DNA of 64,000 nucleotides from Camelus ferus (GCF_009834535.1 NC_045696.1:114082001-114146000); one strand, 5' to 3'; shown: positions 38,613-51,109, counted from the first letter of the stretch. Notes: generated by a model from the sequence alone, not told the origin. Numbers and translations are program-made.

Positions 38613-41600
38613 CTTTTTTTTTTTTTTTTACATTTTTTTTTTTTTTTATTGAGTAATAGTTGTTTTACAATGTTGGGTCAAGTTCTAGCGTAGAGCACAA
38701 TTTTTCAGTTATACATGAACATATATATATTCATTGTCACATTTTTTTTTTTTTGCTGTAAGCTACCACAATATCTTGTATATATTTCCCTGTGCTATAC
38801 AGTATAATCTTGTTTATCTATTCTGTATTTTAAAATCCCAGTCTGTCCCTTCCCACCTCCCGCCCCCTTGACAACCACAAGTTTGTATTCTATGTCTATG
38901 AGTCTGTTTCTGTTTTGTATTTATTTATTTATTTTTTTAAGATTCCACATATGAGCGATCTCATAGGGTATTTTTCTTTCTCTTTCTGGCTTACTTCACT
39001 TAGAATGACATTCTCCAGGAGCATCCATGTTGCTGCAAATGGCATTATGTTGTCGGTTTTTATGGCTGAATAGTATTCCATTGTATAAATATACCACTTC
39101 TTCTTTATCTAGTCATCTGTTGATGGACATTTAGTCTGTTTCCATGTTTTGGCTATTGTAAATAGTGGTGCTATGAACATTGGGGTGCAGGTGTCATTTT
39201 GAAGTAGGGTTCCTTCTGGATATATGCCCAGGAGCAGGATTCCTGGGTTAAAGGGAAGTCTATTCCTAGACTTTTGAGGAATCTCCATACTGCTTTCCAC
39301 AGTGGCTTTCCTTGCTTCCCTCTCCCACTCTTAATGATTTAGATATCTTCTATTTACAATTTTGTGTTTATTATTTTTGATATTCATGGCAGTTATCTCC
39401 TTTCCAGTTATGAGTTTCTCATTTCTGTAGCATCCTGCTTCTTTTCTATTTAAAGTAGACCTGTCAATATTTCTTTCAGCATGGGTTTAGTGTGGCTAAA
39501 TTCTTTTAGTTTTTGCTTATCTGTGAAGTTCTTTATCTCTCCTTCTATTCTAAAGGATAGCCTTGCTGGATCCAGTATCCTAGGCTGCATCTTTTTTTCA
39601 TTCAGGACTTTGAATATATCTTGCCACTCCCTTCTGGCCTGTAGTGTTTGTGCAGAGAAATCAGCTGAGGGCCTTATGGGAGTTCCCTTGTAACTCACTC
39701 TTTGTTTTTCTCTTGCTGCCCTTAGGATCATTTCTTTATCCTTGACTCTGGCCATCTTGATTATGATATGTCTTGGTGCGGGTCTGTTTGGGTTCTTCCT
39801 GTTTGGGACCCTCTGAGCCTCCTGTACATGGATATCTGATTCCTTTAGGTTTGGGAAGTTTTCAGTCATGATTTCTTCAAATACCTTTTCAATCCCCTTT
39901 ATTCTTTCTTCCCCTTCTGGACCCCCTATTATGCATAGATTGGCACGCTTTATATTATCCCCTAGGTCCCTTATATTGTTTTCATTGTTTTTTATTTGTT
40001 TTTCTCTCAGCCGTTCTGATTGGGTGCTTTCTGTTGTCCCGTCTTCTAGGTCACTTATTCGTTCATCTGCATTATCTAGCCTGATTTGTACAGCCTTTAG
40101 GTCAGCTCTCATCGCAGCAAGTGAGTTTACCAGTTCTACTTGGTTCTTCTTTGTAGCTTCTATTTCATTTTTGACATATTTTATATCTCTAAACACTATT
40201 TCTTTTAGTTCGTTCAGTACTTTGATCACTCCTTTTTTTGAAATCCTGATCTAGCAGGGCACCAATGTCTATTTCCATGATTCCAGGAATTCCAAGAGAA
40301 TTCCATCAGGGGATTTCTCTTGATCTTTTAATTGGGAGTGGTTCCTCTGCTTCTTCATATTGCTCATATCTCTCTGGCACTGGCTTAAGGAGTATCAGTT
40401 ATCTAGTTCTCCTGGAGACGCTGTGCTCTTAATGATTTTATTGAGAGGTCTTTGTGTCTTCGCCCTGTTTTGCGAACTCAGCTTGCTGTTTCCAGAGGCC
40501 CTCTGTTGGAGCCCTCTTCTGTGCTGCTCCTAGTGGCTTTTGGCTAGCAGATCACGCCCCCTCCCAACACTGGGTCAGGTGCTGAGCTCTTATCTGGTGG
40601 GTGGGTGGGTCACTCCCCCTCCTGATGCTGCAGTCAGATGCTGCGGTTGGGTGAGGCAGGTGGGCGGATCACGCCCCCTCCCAGCACCGTGGTCAGGTGC
40701 TGTGTTCCTGCCAGGAAGGCAGGTTGCCACCCACCTTCTCCCGGGGCTGGTTGCTCCACTGCTCTGTGCAGCTGCCCGCTCTGCCTTGGTTCAGTGCTCC
40801 AAAGGCGGGCTGGGGAAGACCGCAGAACAGCCCCACCTCTGCTCTGCGTCAAATCTCAGCTCCTTGTTTGTCTTGGTGACACAAGTTCTCTGAGGTGCCA
40901 GGGCAGAAAGATCCTATCTGCTTCGGGCTGTAAATAAGTCTTAGTCCTGCCTAGGAGGTTGCAGAGCCCCCAGGTGTGGATTCAGGTCTCAGCCCGCCCC
41001 CGCCCAGGCGCTGTGCACAGGAGAAGATGCTGCTGTGTCTCTACCCTGCCTCTCTTCTCACAAGAAGTGCCAGTAATGGTGGCGCAGGTCTGAGGAGACA
41101 AAGGCTACAGCGCCCCTCCCCCCAGGGCACACCAGCCGTGTTGCTTTGCTTTTTCGCAATGTATAGGGGACCGAGGTGGTTCTGCTCTGTATCCCTTCCC
41201 AGCCATGGTGTGCAGCACCCTGCAGTCCCCCAGGGCTGCCTCAGTGCAGCCGCCCCAGTCCTCCGCCTGGCTTGGGCCACCTGCCCCGGCCCCAGCTACT
41301 GAGTCACGTCTCGGGCTGGGTGTCATGGGGACCCTTTGTGCCCGTTTAACTCAGTTCTGTTGGTCAAGGGGTGTTTGGGGCAGATCTGAGCCTCGGAGGC
41401 TCCCCCTCCATCCCACTGGCCTCTCCATTGGAGAGGGAAAGCCCAGTGAATAAGCGCCAGTCCTCCTTTGCCACTCCCTCCCCATGGGATTGGCCCTGCA
41501 CTGTTTTGCTTTTTCTTCTTTCTTTTTTCCTTTTCTCCTACCAGATTTTTGGCGTCTTTGTCTTTTGAAGAGGGAGATGTTCTGTTAGAGTTTGAAAGGT

Positions 41601-41701
41601 TCTCCGGGTGACTGAGTAGGTCCGTAGATGTGAGTTTTGGTGTATTTGTGGGAGAGGGTGAGCTACAAGCATCCTTCTACTCCGCCATATTGCTTCTCTC
41701 C
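38613..41701 (-). mobile_element. Young L1 with complete 5'UTR and ORF1 but almost all of ORF2 missing (half-L1-like)
   Basis: 5' end gagagaagcaatatggcggag (YY1-like site), CpG-rich 5'UTR, ORF1p homology, spacer joined at 39307/39308 to the ORF2 tail, 3'UTR, poly(A) at 38613-38648. Confidence 0.95.
39450..40367 (-). pseudogene. LINE-1 ORF1p, open for 259 codons (39450-40229), N-terminus disrupted
   Basis: Coiled coil then DNIKRANLCIIG, PRHIIIKM, REKQ, ARREW, DPARLSF (cf. REKG, ARR, YPAKLS). The ATG 40367/40358 frame (MSNMKKQRNHSQLKDQEKSP) hits stops between two compensating frameshifts. Confidence 0.92.
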
Positions 41702-42400
41702 TATTTTGGTGTTTTTTAAAAAATTGGCCATACAAACATTCTTAATTTTTACAGTCAAATTTATCAGACTTCTCTTTTACTGCATCTAGAGTTTTTGTCA
41801 TAGAAAACTCTCCCTACACTCAGGTTAAAGAGGATTTCACTTGTTTTTCTCCTACATTTGTATGATTTTACTTTTTATATTAAGGTCTCAGATACATTTG
41901 GAATTTATGCTTGGGTACGGTTTGAGGAATTAATATAATTTTATCTTTTTTTTTTCCTAAATGGTCATCCAGTTATCTCAACACCACTTATTAAGAAACT
42001 AACTTTGCTCCAGCGATCTGAGATGCCACTTTGATTGTATCCAGATTTCTGCATTTTGTGGGGCATATTTCTGAACTTGTTTTATTCCTCATGCACCAGC
42101 ACCACACTGTTTTAATTATCAAGGCTTTATACAATGCTCCAATGACTGGCAGGGCAATCCTTCCTTAAAAGCTCTTCCTTTTCAGTATTTTATTGTCTAT
42201 TCTTTTGTGGATTTTTAAAATCACTGTGTGAACTTTAGGATCAGTTTGTCTAGCTCCATGAACAGCTTGTTGATATTTTTATTGAGATCCCATTAAACGG
42301 ATACTTGTCCTTAGAACTGGTATATTGATGATTTTGAGATATCCTAATCAAGAACAAAGGATGTTTTTGCATTTGCTCAAGTCTTCTTTAGGACAGCTCA
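41702..42400 (-). mobile_element. Old L1M ORF2 remnant, continuing the host element left of 38130
   Basis: 'ccatacaaacattcttaatttttacagtcaaatttatca', 'ccagttatctcaacaccacttatta', 'gtgaactttaggatcagtttgtc'. Confidence 0.75.
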
Positions 42401-42906
42401 TTCTTCATCAAAGTGAATAACAGTATTAAGTACTCTTTACTTTTTTTCTGGTATACTTCAATTTAAAGCATATGATGGAAGAAATAAGACATTTAAATGG
42501 CTGTGGGAAAGGGAAAGTAACACTTTTGAATGCCATCTAGAAGTCACATACTGTGCAATTGTTATTTAATTCTGAAAACAATCATGGCTGTATTGATTTT
42601 GCTTTCTACCTAGTGTAGAGAGGAGTACTCTTTCCCAAAGCTTATCTTACTTCCTTAAGAATGGTTAATAAAGTAGAGAGACTTAGTTCCTGTTCTGTGT
42701 GCCATCAGTGCACATTTTTAAGTTCACTACCTGTTAAAAACCAATATCACATCATGTTTATTGCATCAAAGGTATATATTGTACACATAGTCTTATTTGC
42801 ATTTTAGAAGCACCTGTGAAGTCAATAAGGCATGGACTATTATTATGCTAAATGTATAGACAAGGAAGTTGAGGTTCAGGGGAGGTTGGGTCTCAGGATT
42901 ATGGTT

Positions 42907-43245
42907 CTCCAGGTCCATCCATTTTGCTGCAAATGGCATTATTTCATTCTTTTTTATGGCTGAGTAGTATTCTACATCTTCTTTATCCATTCATGTGTTG
43001 ATGGACATTTAGGTTGCTTCCATGGCTTGGATATTGTAAATAGTGCTGCTGTGAACATTGGGGATGCATGTATCTTTTCAAATTAGAGTTTCCTCTCAAT
43101 ATATGCCCAGGAGTGGGATAGCTGGATCATAGGGTAACTCTATTTTCAGTTTTTTAAGGAATCTCCATACTGTTTTCCATAATGGCTGCACCAAATGACA
43201 TTTCTAACAAAGGAATAAGAGGGCTCCCTTTTCTCCACACCCCCT
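42907..43245 (-). mobile_element. L1 ORF2 3' fragment
   Basis: ORF 42793-42990 has EYYSAIKKNEIMPFAAKWMDLE; 'gctggatcatagggtaactctattttcagtt...tggctgcacc'. Confidence 0.9.
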
Positions 43246-43278
43246 TGAGAAATACTTTTTTGTTCACCTGGTTTCTCC

Positions 43279-43309
<31 letters not shown>

Positions 43310-43482
43310 CCATAGGATCTTGGCTCATTTTCCTGCACCCTCATGTGGTTATTTCTTCTTGGCCACTGTTGGAAGAATGACAGAAAAAGATGGATTTTTA
43401 AAAGTCTGGGATAGCTTTGAAATCACAGATTTTGTATAGCCAAACTCCTCTTCCTCCCTCCTTCCTCACCTCCTCCAACTCC

Positions 43483-43583
43483 CCCTTCCTTCCTTCCTTC
43501 CTTCCTTCCTTCCTTCCTTCCTTCCTTCCTTCCTTCCTTCCTTCCTTTCTTCTTTCCTTCCTTCCTTCCTTCCTTCCTTCCTT
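43483..43583. repeat. (CTTC)n microsatellite
   Basis: Seen directly. Confidence 0.95.
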
Positions 43584-43781
43584 CATATTAATTAAGAACA
43601 GACTCATTTAGTACCCAGGAATTAGTTATTGAATTAATACATTTAGCTTTGGCTTTATAGGGACTTAAAAAAATTAAAAGACAGGGGTTGCATCTTGAGA
43701 AGCTCATCATTTCCAGCTTTTGGGTGGGACCATTTGTTGGACTGATATCATAATAGGCTCGTTTTCCTCCTTTAAGTCTGT

Positions 43782-43925
43782 GACAGTGGTTCTCACACTT
43801 TGCTGTGCAGCAGAATCTCCTGAGGTCTCATTAAAACACAGATTGCTGAGCCCAACTCCAATTTCTGATTCAGTAGGTCTGGTGTGGGGCCCAAGAATTT
43901 GCATTTCTAGCAAGTTCCCAGGTTC
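43782..43925. mobile_element. MER5A MITE
   Basis: 'cagtggttctcacactt...cagattgctgagccc...ctgattcagtaggtctggtgtggggcccaagaatttgcatttctagcaagttcccagg'. Confidence 0.85.
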
Positions 43926-44569
43926 CTGCTTTCCCTCCCAATTGTCACCAGAGAATATGGCGCCACACAGGCAGCTTCAGGAAACAGTGCTGCTGGGTGG
44001 TGCTGGTGAGGGATTGGGGGGGGGGCAGGCTGGATGGTTCTGGTGTCTGTGAAGCCCCTGATGAGCTAAGGGGGACCTATGCAGATGGATCAGATCTGCC
44101 CCCTTCTTCAGAGCTACATTCTTCTGGCTCCAATGATGCAGTGAGCCATGACATTATTTTGCATAACAGCTCACCACTGCTGCATTTAATGGAAAGATCT
44201 CTAGGGTGTGACACATAATCTTCTTTCAATCTAGAGCACTTGTTAATATATTTTTTTGGCTGGGTCTGTTTCCACAAGTACTTGGAAGAAGGCATCCCAG
44301 GTATAGTAGGGTAACAAGTTACCACTTTTGAAAATAGGGTACTTTCAGAAGATGTTAATTTGACAGTGGTGAAGTAGGCAAAAAGCTGTAAGAACCAGTC
44401 CTTTACTGAAGCCCAAACCATCTACGTGCAGACGATATTGAAGTCTATATCTCATGTCCAGACTTCTCTGAGTTCTATGTCTCCCCTTGATTTTTTCCAT
44501 GTGTGCTTTGAACTCATCACAGTCAGTCCAGAATACATCTGCTCTCTCCCCACTCATCCTCTACCTCTA

Positions 44570-45850
44570 CTTTCTATTTTGGTGACTTGCATCACCATCT
44601 AACCAGTTTCCTGAGCCAGAACCCTCCCACATCCTCCACTTTCTGGGTCATGAGGAATCGTAACCCATTTTGGTTGCTGTGCCCTTTCTCCACCTCTTAG
44701 CCGTTGCCTTGTGAGACCTCCACTTGTCTGATGGATGGTGGTGACCTCCCAGCTGGTCTTCTGCCCCTCATTTGGTCCCAGGGCAAGTTCATCTCTGCAA
44801 AGCTGCTAAAGTACTCTTAAAAAATTCCATTAGATTTTAGCATTCCTTTCCTCCTCATGGCTTTCAGGATAAAATTATAATTTCTCAGCAAGCACAAGGC
44901 CTTTCAAGAATTTGCCTGGACTTGTCTCTCTCCCTCAGACTCACTACTTTCCATTCTGTCATTCATGCTAGTCATAGAGAACCAACTGATGGTCAGTGAA
45001 GGCATTCTTGTACTTTGAATGGTGATACAAAAAAACACTTTTATTTTGAAATATTTCAAATTTACAAAAAAAAAGGCAAGACCAGTGCCAAAAAATCCTA
45101 TATATTCTTCATCTATATTTTGCCAGTTGTTAACATTTTTCACATTAGCTTCGTCACCCTTCCAGTCATCCATCTACAACTACCTATCTATCATCTGTCT
45201 ATCTTATCTTAGTACTATTTATTTTCTGAACCATTTGAGAGTAAATCATAGACATTGTGCCCCTTTTACCAAGTATCTATCTTCTAAGAACAAAGGCATT
45301 CACTTACACAAACATTGGGCTGTTATCAAACTCAAGAAATTTAACACCAGTAAAATAGTATTACAGAATCTACAGACCTCATTCAAGTTTTGCCAATTTT
45401 TATAGCACATTTTGGGTTGTTCTCTGTGATCCCTCCTTGCATGTTTTTGCCACGTCCCTGGAATCTCCTTTGATGTGAACGGGCAGTTTTTTTAATGCCT
45501 CCGTGGCTTCTCCTAGTCTCTTCTGTCTGCCTGGAATATTCTTTTCCTCTTCTTTATCCAACTAACTTTTACTTCTTCGAAACAAGCACTTATAAGTACT
45601 TGGCTGCACATATTTAATCAGATCTTCCAATCTGATTTTCCCAAATCTCGTCTCCTGTTGCACCATGCAAAACCTTTTCTTCTTGCAAAAATCAAATTGC
45701 TTTTCTTATTTGATTTGTAAGCCACTCAAGGATGAAGGCCAGGCTTTGTTTAACTTTCTATCACCAGTGCCCAGCAAAGTGCTCAACACAAAGTTTGTGC
45801 TCAGTATGTATATTTTTAATATTTTATTGGTGCTGCTCCATGAATGAGTA
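44570..45850 (+). mobile_element. Diverged L2 split by an antisense L1MC 3' fragment (about 45035-45480)
   Basis: L2 words 'gcatcaccatctaaccagtttcctgagccagaacc', 'ccagtgcccagcaaagtgctcaacaca'; inner 'ttttattttgaaatatttcaaatttacaaaa...ctgaaccatttgagagta'. Confidence 0.55.
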
Positions 45851-46374
45851 TTTAACATTTAGGGGTCAGTACACCTGATATTCACAGAGCTTCTCAGAGT
45901 GATACGGGGAAATGGGCCAGTAGAAGTGTGAAATGTTATTACCTACTGGGAAGGTAATCTGGCAGCATCTAACAAAATAAAAAATTTAAAGAATTTTAAA
46001 ATTCTTTATCCCATTTTTGGGGCTACATCCTGTGATGAAAGAAGTTCCAGTACATGTAAATTTGAGCATAAAGATATGAGCTTATTGAAATGTCATCTAT
46101 TGTAATTAAAATAATACTGGAAACTATGTACATATTCATCAGTGGGAGCATAGTTAAATATATTATGGAATTCTCATATAATTAAAAAGAAATGAACATT
46201 GTGGCACATTTATATAATAGAATGGAAGGAAGTCATAGCTATTATGCTGGCCTGGAAATGTACCTTATTCTCCTCAGGGAAAAATTTACTTACATCTGGT
46301 TGTGGTCATTTCTCCCAAAGATGTCACTCATAGTCATACTCTGTTTCCCTTTCAATTCTGATGTAAATACATGT

Positions 46375-46832
46375 ATATACACACACACAAGAGGATATTA
46401 CTCAGCCATGAAAAAGAATGAAATAAGGCCATTTGTAGCAGCATGGATGGACCTAGAGATCATAATTCTAAGTGAAGTCAGCCAGAAAGAGAGAGAAAAA
46501 TACCATATGATATCACTTACATGTGGAATCTAAAGAAAATGACACAAATGAACTTATTTACAAAATGGAAAGAGACTCACAGACATAGAAAACAAACTGA
46601 TGGCGACCAGGAGGGAAAGCGAGGGGAAGGGATAAATTAGGATTTGCAGATATACACTACTATATATAAAATAGATAAACAACAAGATCCTACTGTATAA
46701 CACCAGAACTATAGTCCATAGCCTGTGATAATCTGTAATGAAAAAGAATATAAAAAAGAATGTATATGGATAACTGAATCAATGTGATGTACACCAGAAA
46801 CTAACACAACATTGTAAATCAATTAAAAAAAA
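46375..46832 (+). mobile_element. 5'-truncated L1 (ORF2 end plus 3'UTR) within an older L1ME remnant
   Basis: YYSAMKKNEIRPFVAAWMDLEIIILSEVSQKEREKYHMISLTCGI*, followed by the 3'UTR. Confidence 0.92.
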
Positions 46833-47270
46833 TCCATGATGTACTATGTGGTTAAAAAAAAAATTGTTGAATAGAGTGTAGGAAATTTTTTCTTATAATT
46901 ATGAACGTTTGTGTAGTGTATGGAGAAAGGTATGAAAAAAGCAACACCAAATTTAACCCAGAGAATTGAGCAAGTATATAATTCTACAGTTTGTATTACT
47001 TTTATAATTAAAAAAAAAAAAACCCACAAACATGAATCCAGTCACAGAAGTTCATGCAGGGAAACAAAGAGAAGTAAATAAATCAGAAATAGAACTAGCT
47101 GAGAAATTATATTTATTGTTGGACTGAAGACCCAGCTCATGTTGGGCTCAACTCCAACTGTCCTTCCACCCCAGCTGTCATTTTTCTTTTTGTCCTTTGC
47201 CCGGTTGTCTATTATTGAGTAACACTATTGAATGAATCCTATGAATAAGTGATATCAAGAGCTCCTGAAA

Positions 47271-47390
47271 GGGGGGAGGGTATAGCTCAAGTGGCAGAGC
47301 ACATGCTCAGCACACACAAGGTCCTGGATTCAATCCCTGGTACCTCTTCTAAAAATAAATAAGTAAACCTAATTACCTACCCCCCGCAAA
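47271..47390 (+). mobile_element. tRNA-derived SINE (Vic-1-like)
   Basis: ggggggagggtatagctcaagtgg (A box) ... ggattcaatccc (B box) ... aaacctaattacc; TSD aagagc(t/c)cctgaaa at 47257-47270 and 47391-47404. Confidence 0.92.
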
Positions 47391-49362
47391 AAGAGCCCCT
47401 GAAAAAAATTCAGGTGGAGAACATTACATTGTGGTCCCATTGAAGCGAAGCATGTGAGTGAATCAGTAGTTTGACTGGTGAACCACCAATTCAGCAAAGT
47501 TGACAATTGGCAAGTATGATTTATGTGGTGGAAATGAGACCGAGATGTTTCCATGTGTCTTGGATTTATTTGACCAAACCTTTTTTTTTGAGGGAGGCGC
47601 AATTATGATGTACACAGAAGGGACAAAATGAAAACAAATGTTTGTCCTGCCTCAACCAGTCCACAGACTAGCACATCCAAGCCTCTCTCTGATTCATGGA
47701 GGCAGTAAGCTGTAGGAGACATGAGGAAAAAAAGAGAGAGAGAGAGAAGGAAAAGCTCAGGCTTCGGGGTTGGAGAGCTAGGGATTTGACTAATGGCTTC
47801 TCCACTTAAGAGTAAACCTATGGGCAAGTGTCTGACTCTCTGAGCCTCCCTTTACTCATCAGAAGTGATTGTGGGGTTCACTGTATTTAAAAAGCCAGCA
47901 CAGAGGCTGATGTGTATTGGGTGTTAGGGTATATTCCCGTACCCTCCTTTCTAGTTGCAATGTCATAGCTACACCTGCCCCACAACATCCGGGCATTTTT
48001 CTCTGGGCAGTTCATTGGAGAGAAAGTAGCTTGGAACAAAGGTATTTCTTAGCCACACAATCTGCCACATTTCACCTACCTTGGACGTCTCTGCTTCTCT
48101 CAATCGATTTCCAACTTCCCATGGTGAAGGTGGCTTTCCTCTCATTTCCACCTTTTTTGTCTTGAGCTGTACACTTTTAGCAGGATGGGAGCCTGAAGCC
48201 TGCGTTTGTTAAAGGAGACAGCCGCTTACACTAAAGTGGCTTTTCTGTGTTGAGTCTGCCTGACTGATAACAGATCAGAAACAGCAAGTGGCCTTTGAAA
48301 TGGAAACACTGACTGTAGTTGGGAAAATGAAAGGATCTTATGTTTTTTGATCAAAGAATGATACCTTCCAACTTGGAAAAGGGGGTTTTTCTGCCTGTCA
48401 AGGCCTCTGATACTAAGTTACCCACTTCCCCTAGGGAAGGAGATCCAATTTTATGGCTATTATATTGCTACATAGTTTTAAAATATATTTATAGAGATAC
48501 ATTTCCCTAGTTATTTTGCTTTCTTTTTCTAACTCCTAGCTTCCAATCAGGCCTCCAGGCAACTGGCCTGTGCTTCTTCATCTAAATGGCATTTAAACAA
48601 TTCTCTGGATCCTAGGTCCTTAATGAACATTCACTAGTAAAGAGATGGCAAATTTTAAGTGAAAGGAGGACGTTAAATAAAAAGGAGGCCACGTTGAATA
48701 GTAGGTATTGAGTGGGATGATTTCTGGTGTCAGATCCCACTGATCTGAAACATGATCAGAAACACGTGATCTGAAATATGTGGTTTCATGTTATTCACAA
48801 ACCTGGCTGAGGCAGAGCTGTAGGGGTGGAAAGGGCAAAGGCCACAGAGTCCAAGGTCAGTGGGGGTCCAAAATGAGGAGAAAGGGGTCAAGGCTGGAGA
48901 GGAGATGGTACGTAACTGAGAACTGGGAACAGCATGACTGGAAATCAGACAAGGGGTGGACAGCAAGGAGACAACCTGGAATTAATTCAAAATTAATTCT
49001 AATAATTGAATTTAATGAATTTAATGAATTCAGTTAATTAACACAAAGGCTCTATAGGCAGACTAAGGCATTTTGTGGAGGAGATGTTAAGTCCTTACTG
49101 ATGTTGAATGATGCCAGGTGCTGGTCTCCCAATTACAGATGCTGACTCTGTACCCGACGTGTGTACACTCATAAAGATTTATGGTGTCTTATTTCAGTGC
49201 AAAGAAATAAACTTCTGCTTGTCAGTCCTAATAATTTCTTTCTCATCAGCTACTCAAGATAGATCCCAAACCACATGTATTCTAGATTTTCCCCTCTTCT
49301 TAAGTACATAATCTCCATCCACATCCTCAGTTATTTTTCCCTCCTCTTACTAATGGCTAAGT

Positions 49363-49803
49363 AGGCCTGCACTGTCCAGTATGGTGGCCAATAGCCACAT
49401 GTGGCTACTGAGCACCTGAAATGTGGCTGGCCCAAATTAACATGCACTAAGAAAAAAAAAGAAACAGAAAAACAAAAAAAAAAAAAAAAAAAAGAAAAAA
49501 CCCCAACCAACAACCAAACAAACAAACAAACCAAACTAACATGTGCTGTGAGTTTAAAACATACATTATATTTCAAAGACCTAGCATGAAAAAAGGAATG
49601 TGAACTGTCTCAGCAATTGATATAATATTGTTTGAAACATAGTGTCATGTTGAGGACAATATTGAAATGATAATATTTGGATAAACTGAGTTTAATTAAC
49701 ACAATTTTACCTTTTTCTTTTTAAACATGGCTACTAGAAAGTTTAAAATCAGATGGGTGGTTTACATTGACAGCTCACATTATATTCCTACTGAAGAGCA
49801 CTT
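49363..49803. mobile_element. MER33-like hAT MITE interrupted by an A-rich insertion
   Basis: 'cactgtccagtatggtggccaatagccacatgtggctactgagcacctgaaatgtggct...atggctactagaaagtttaaaat'. Confidence 0.75.
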
Positions 49804-51109
49804 TTTTAGGATTTCTGACCTCTTCCTTTATGGAGGATGTGATATATACACACAATGGAATAAGACATTGCTGGGAATGGACAGGAGAAGTACAGTATTA
49901 CCTATGGGCAGCATTAAGAGCCCATGAATTTCCAGGAAGATGAGTTACCATGGTTGCAGGGTTGTATTTGAACAGCGTTGCAGTTTCCACTACTGAGAGC
50001 CCGAGGTGAGAGAGGGACAAGACAGTTGAGGGTGTGTGCAAGTGACTAATAGGACAGATCATGAATCTTAGGCTGGTTAAGAAGGGAAGGGACTACATGA
50101 GGTAGATGAGGTTCTGCTGGGATCAGAGCACTGTTGGAATTGAACTAAAAGTGAGCTGGAAAGATAGGAAATGAGGACCAGAGTGGGATGCATGGGACTG
50201 AAATCACAGAGGGGGTGAGTCACTGGCAATTACAAGATCTAGGATATGACCATGGAAGTGAGTGGTCAAGGTCAGGTCATAATAAGACCATTGAAGGGTA
50301 GTGAAGAGATCCTATGTGTGTGAAATTCCTGAGACATTGTCACTGCAGTGCTGTGAAACAGCTAAAATCTTCAAAGAGTGGTTGGAGTCACTTGGAGGTG
50401 GGCAGATGACTATATAAGGAGGGGAAATGGGTGTTACAGTGAGATGAGACTTAAAGCTTGGCGTGCTCAAGGGGAAGGCATGAGAACGGGCTGGGAGTGG
50501 CAGGGAAGGGCATAGGGACACCTGCTTCAAACTCAGGCCAGTGGCACGAGGGTCATCACTCAAAACCCCTGAAGCTAGAGACTTCAGTGGCAACAATGTA
50601 AAGCAGACACTGAGAGAGGAGGCAGGTTTTAGAGGGTCTTGCTTGATGATGAATGGTGAATTCTAGAGGGCCTTGTGGATGTGTTGTGGGGAGTTAGGGA
50701 GAGGTGGGAGCTGGTGTCAGGAAATGGGGTGTGCAGGTCTGTATGGGGTCTAGAGTCCAAGGATGAAGGAGTAAAGGTGTGATGAAATTAGCATGGAGAG
50801 TCACAGTGAAGATAATAGTTGGAGGTTGTGAATTTTGAGGGGGGGTTTGGAGGGGGAGGCTTGCTGGGAATTACATGGGATTTAGAAGATCCTATCTGAC
50901 TCTGCAGATGAAAGTGTGGGATCAGAACCGGGTGTTCTTACTTGACTGTGAGGGGCTGGACCACCGCCTCCTTCAGAGGAGGGACCAGTGCCAATGAGAA
51001 TGGATGGGGTGAGCAGGACCAAGTCACCAGTGGAACTCAGGGATGATTACTTCAAGGTGATACCCAGAAGGGCCAGAGAAAGGAGTACTGAGCATCAATC
51101 CGGCCTTCC

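Noticed and set aside
40540..41460. CpG island of a cellular gene
   Set aside because: It is the L1 5'UTR, lying between the L1 5' end and ORF1
47271..47345. tRNA gene
   Set aside because: A/B boxes are present, but the AT-rich tail, TSD and three sibling copies show a tRNA-derived SINE
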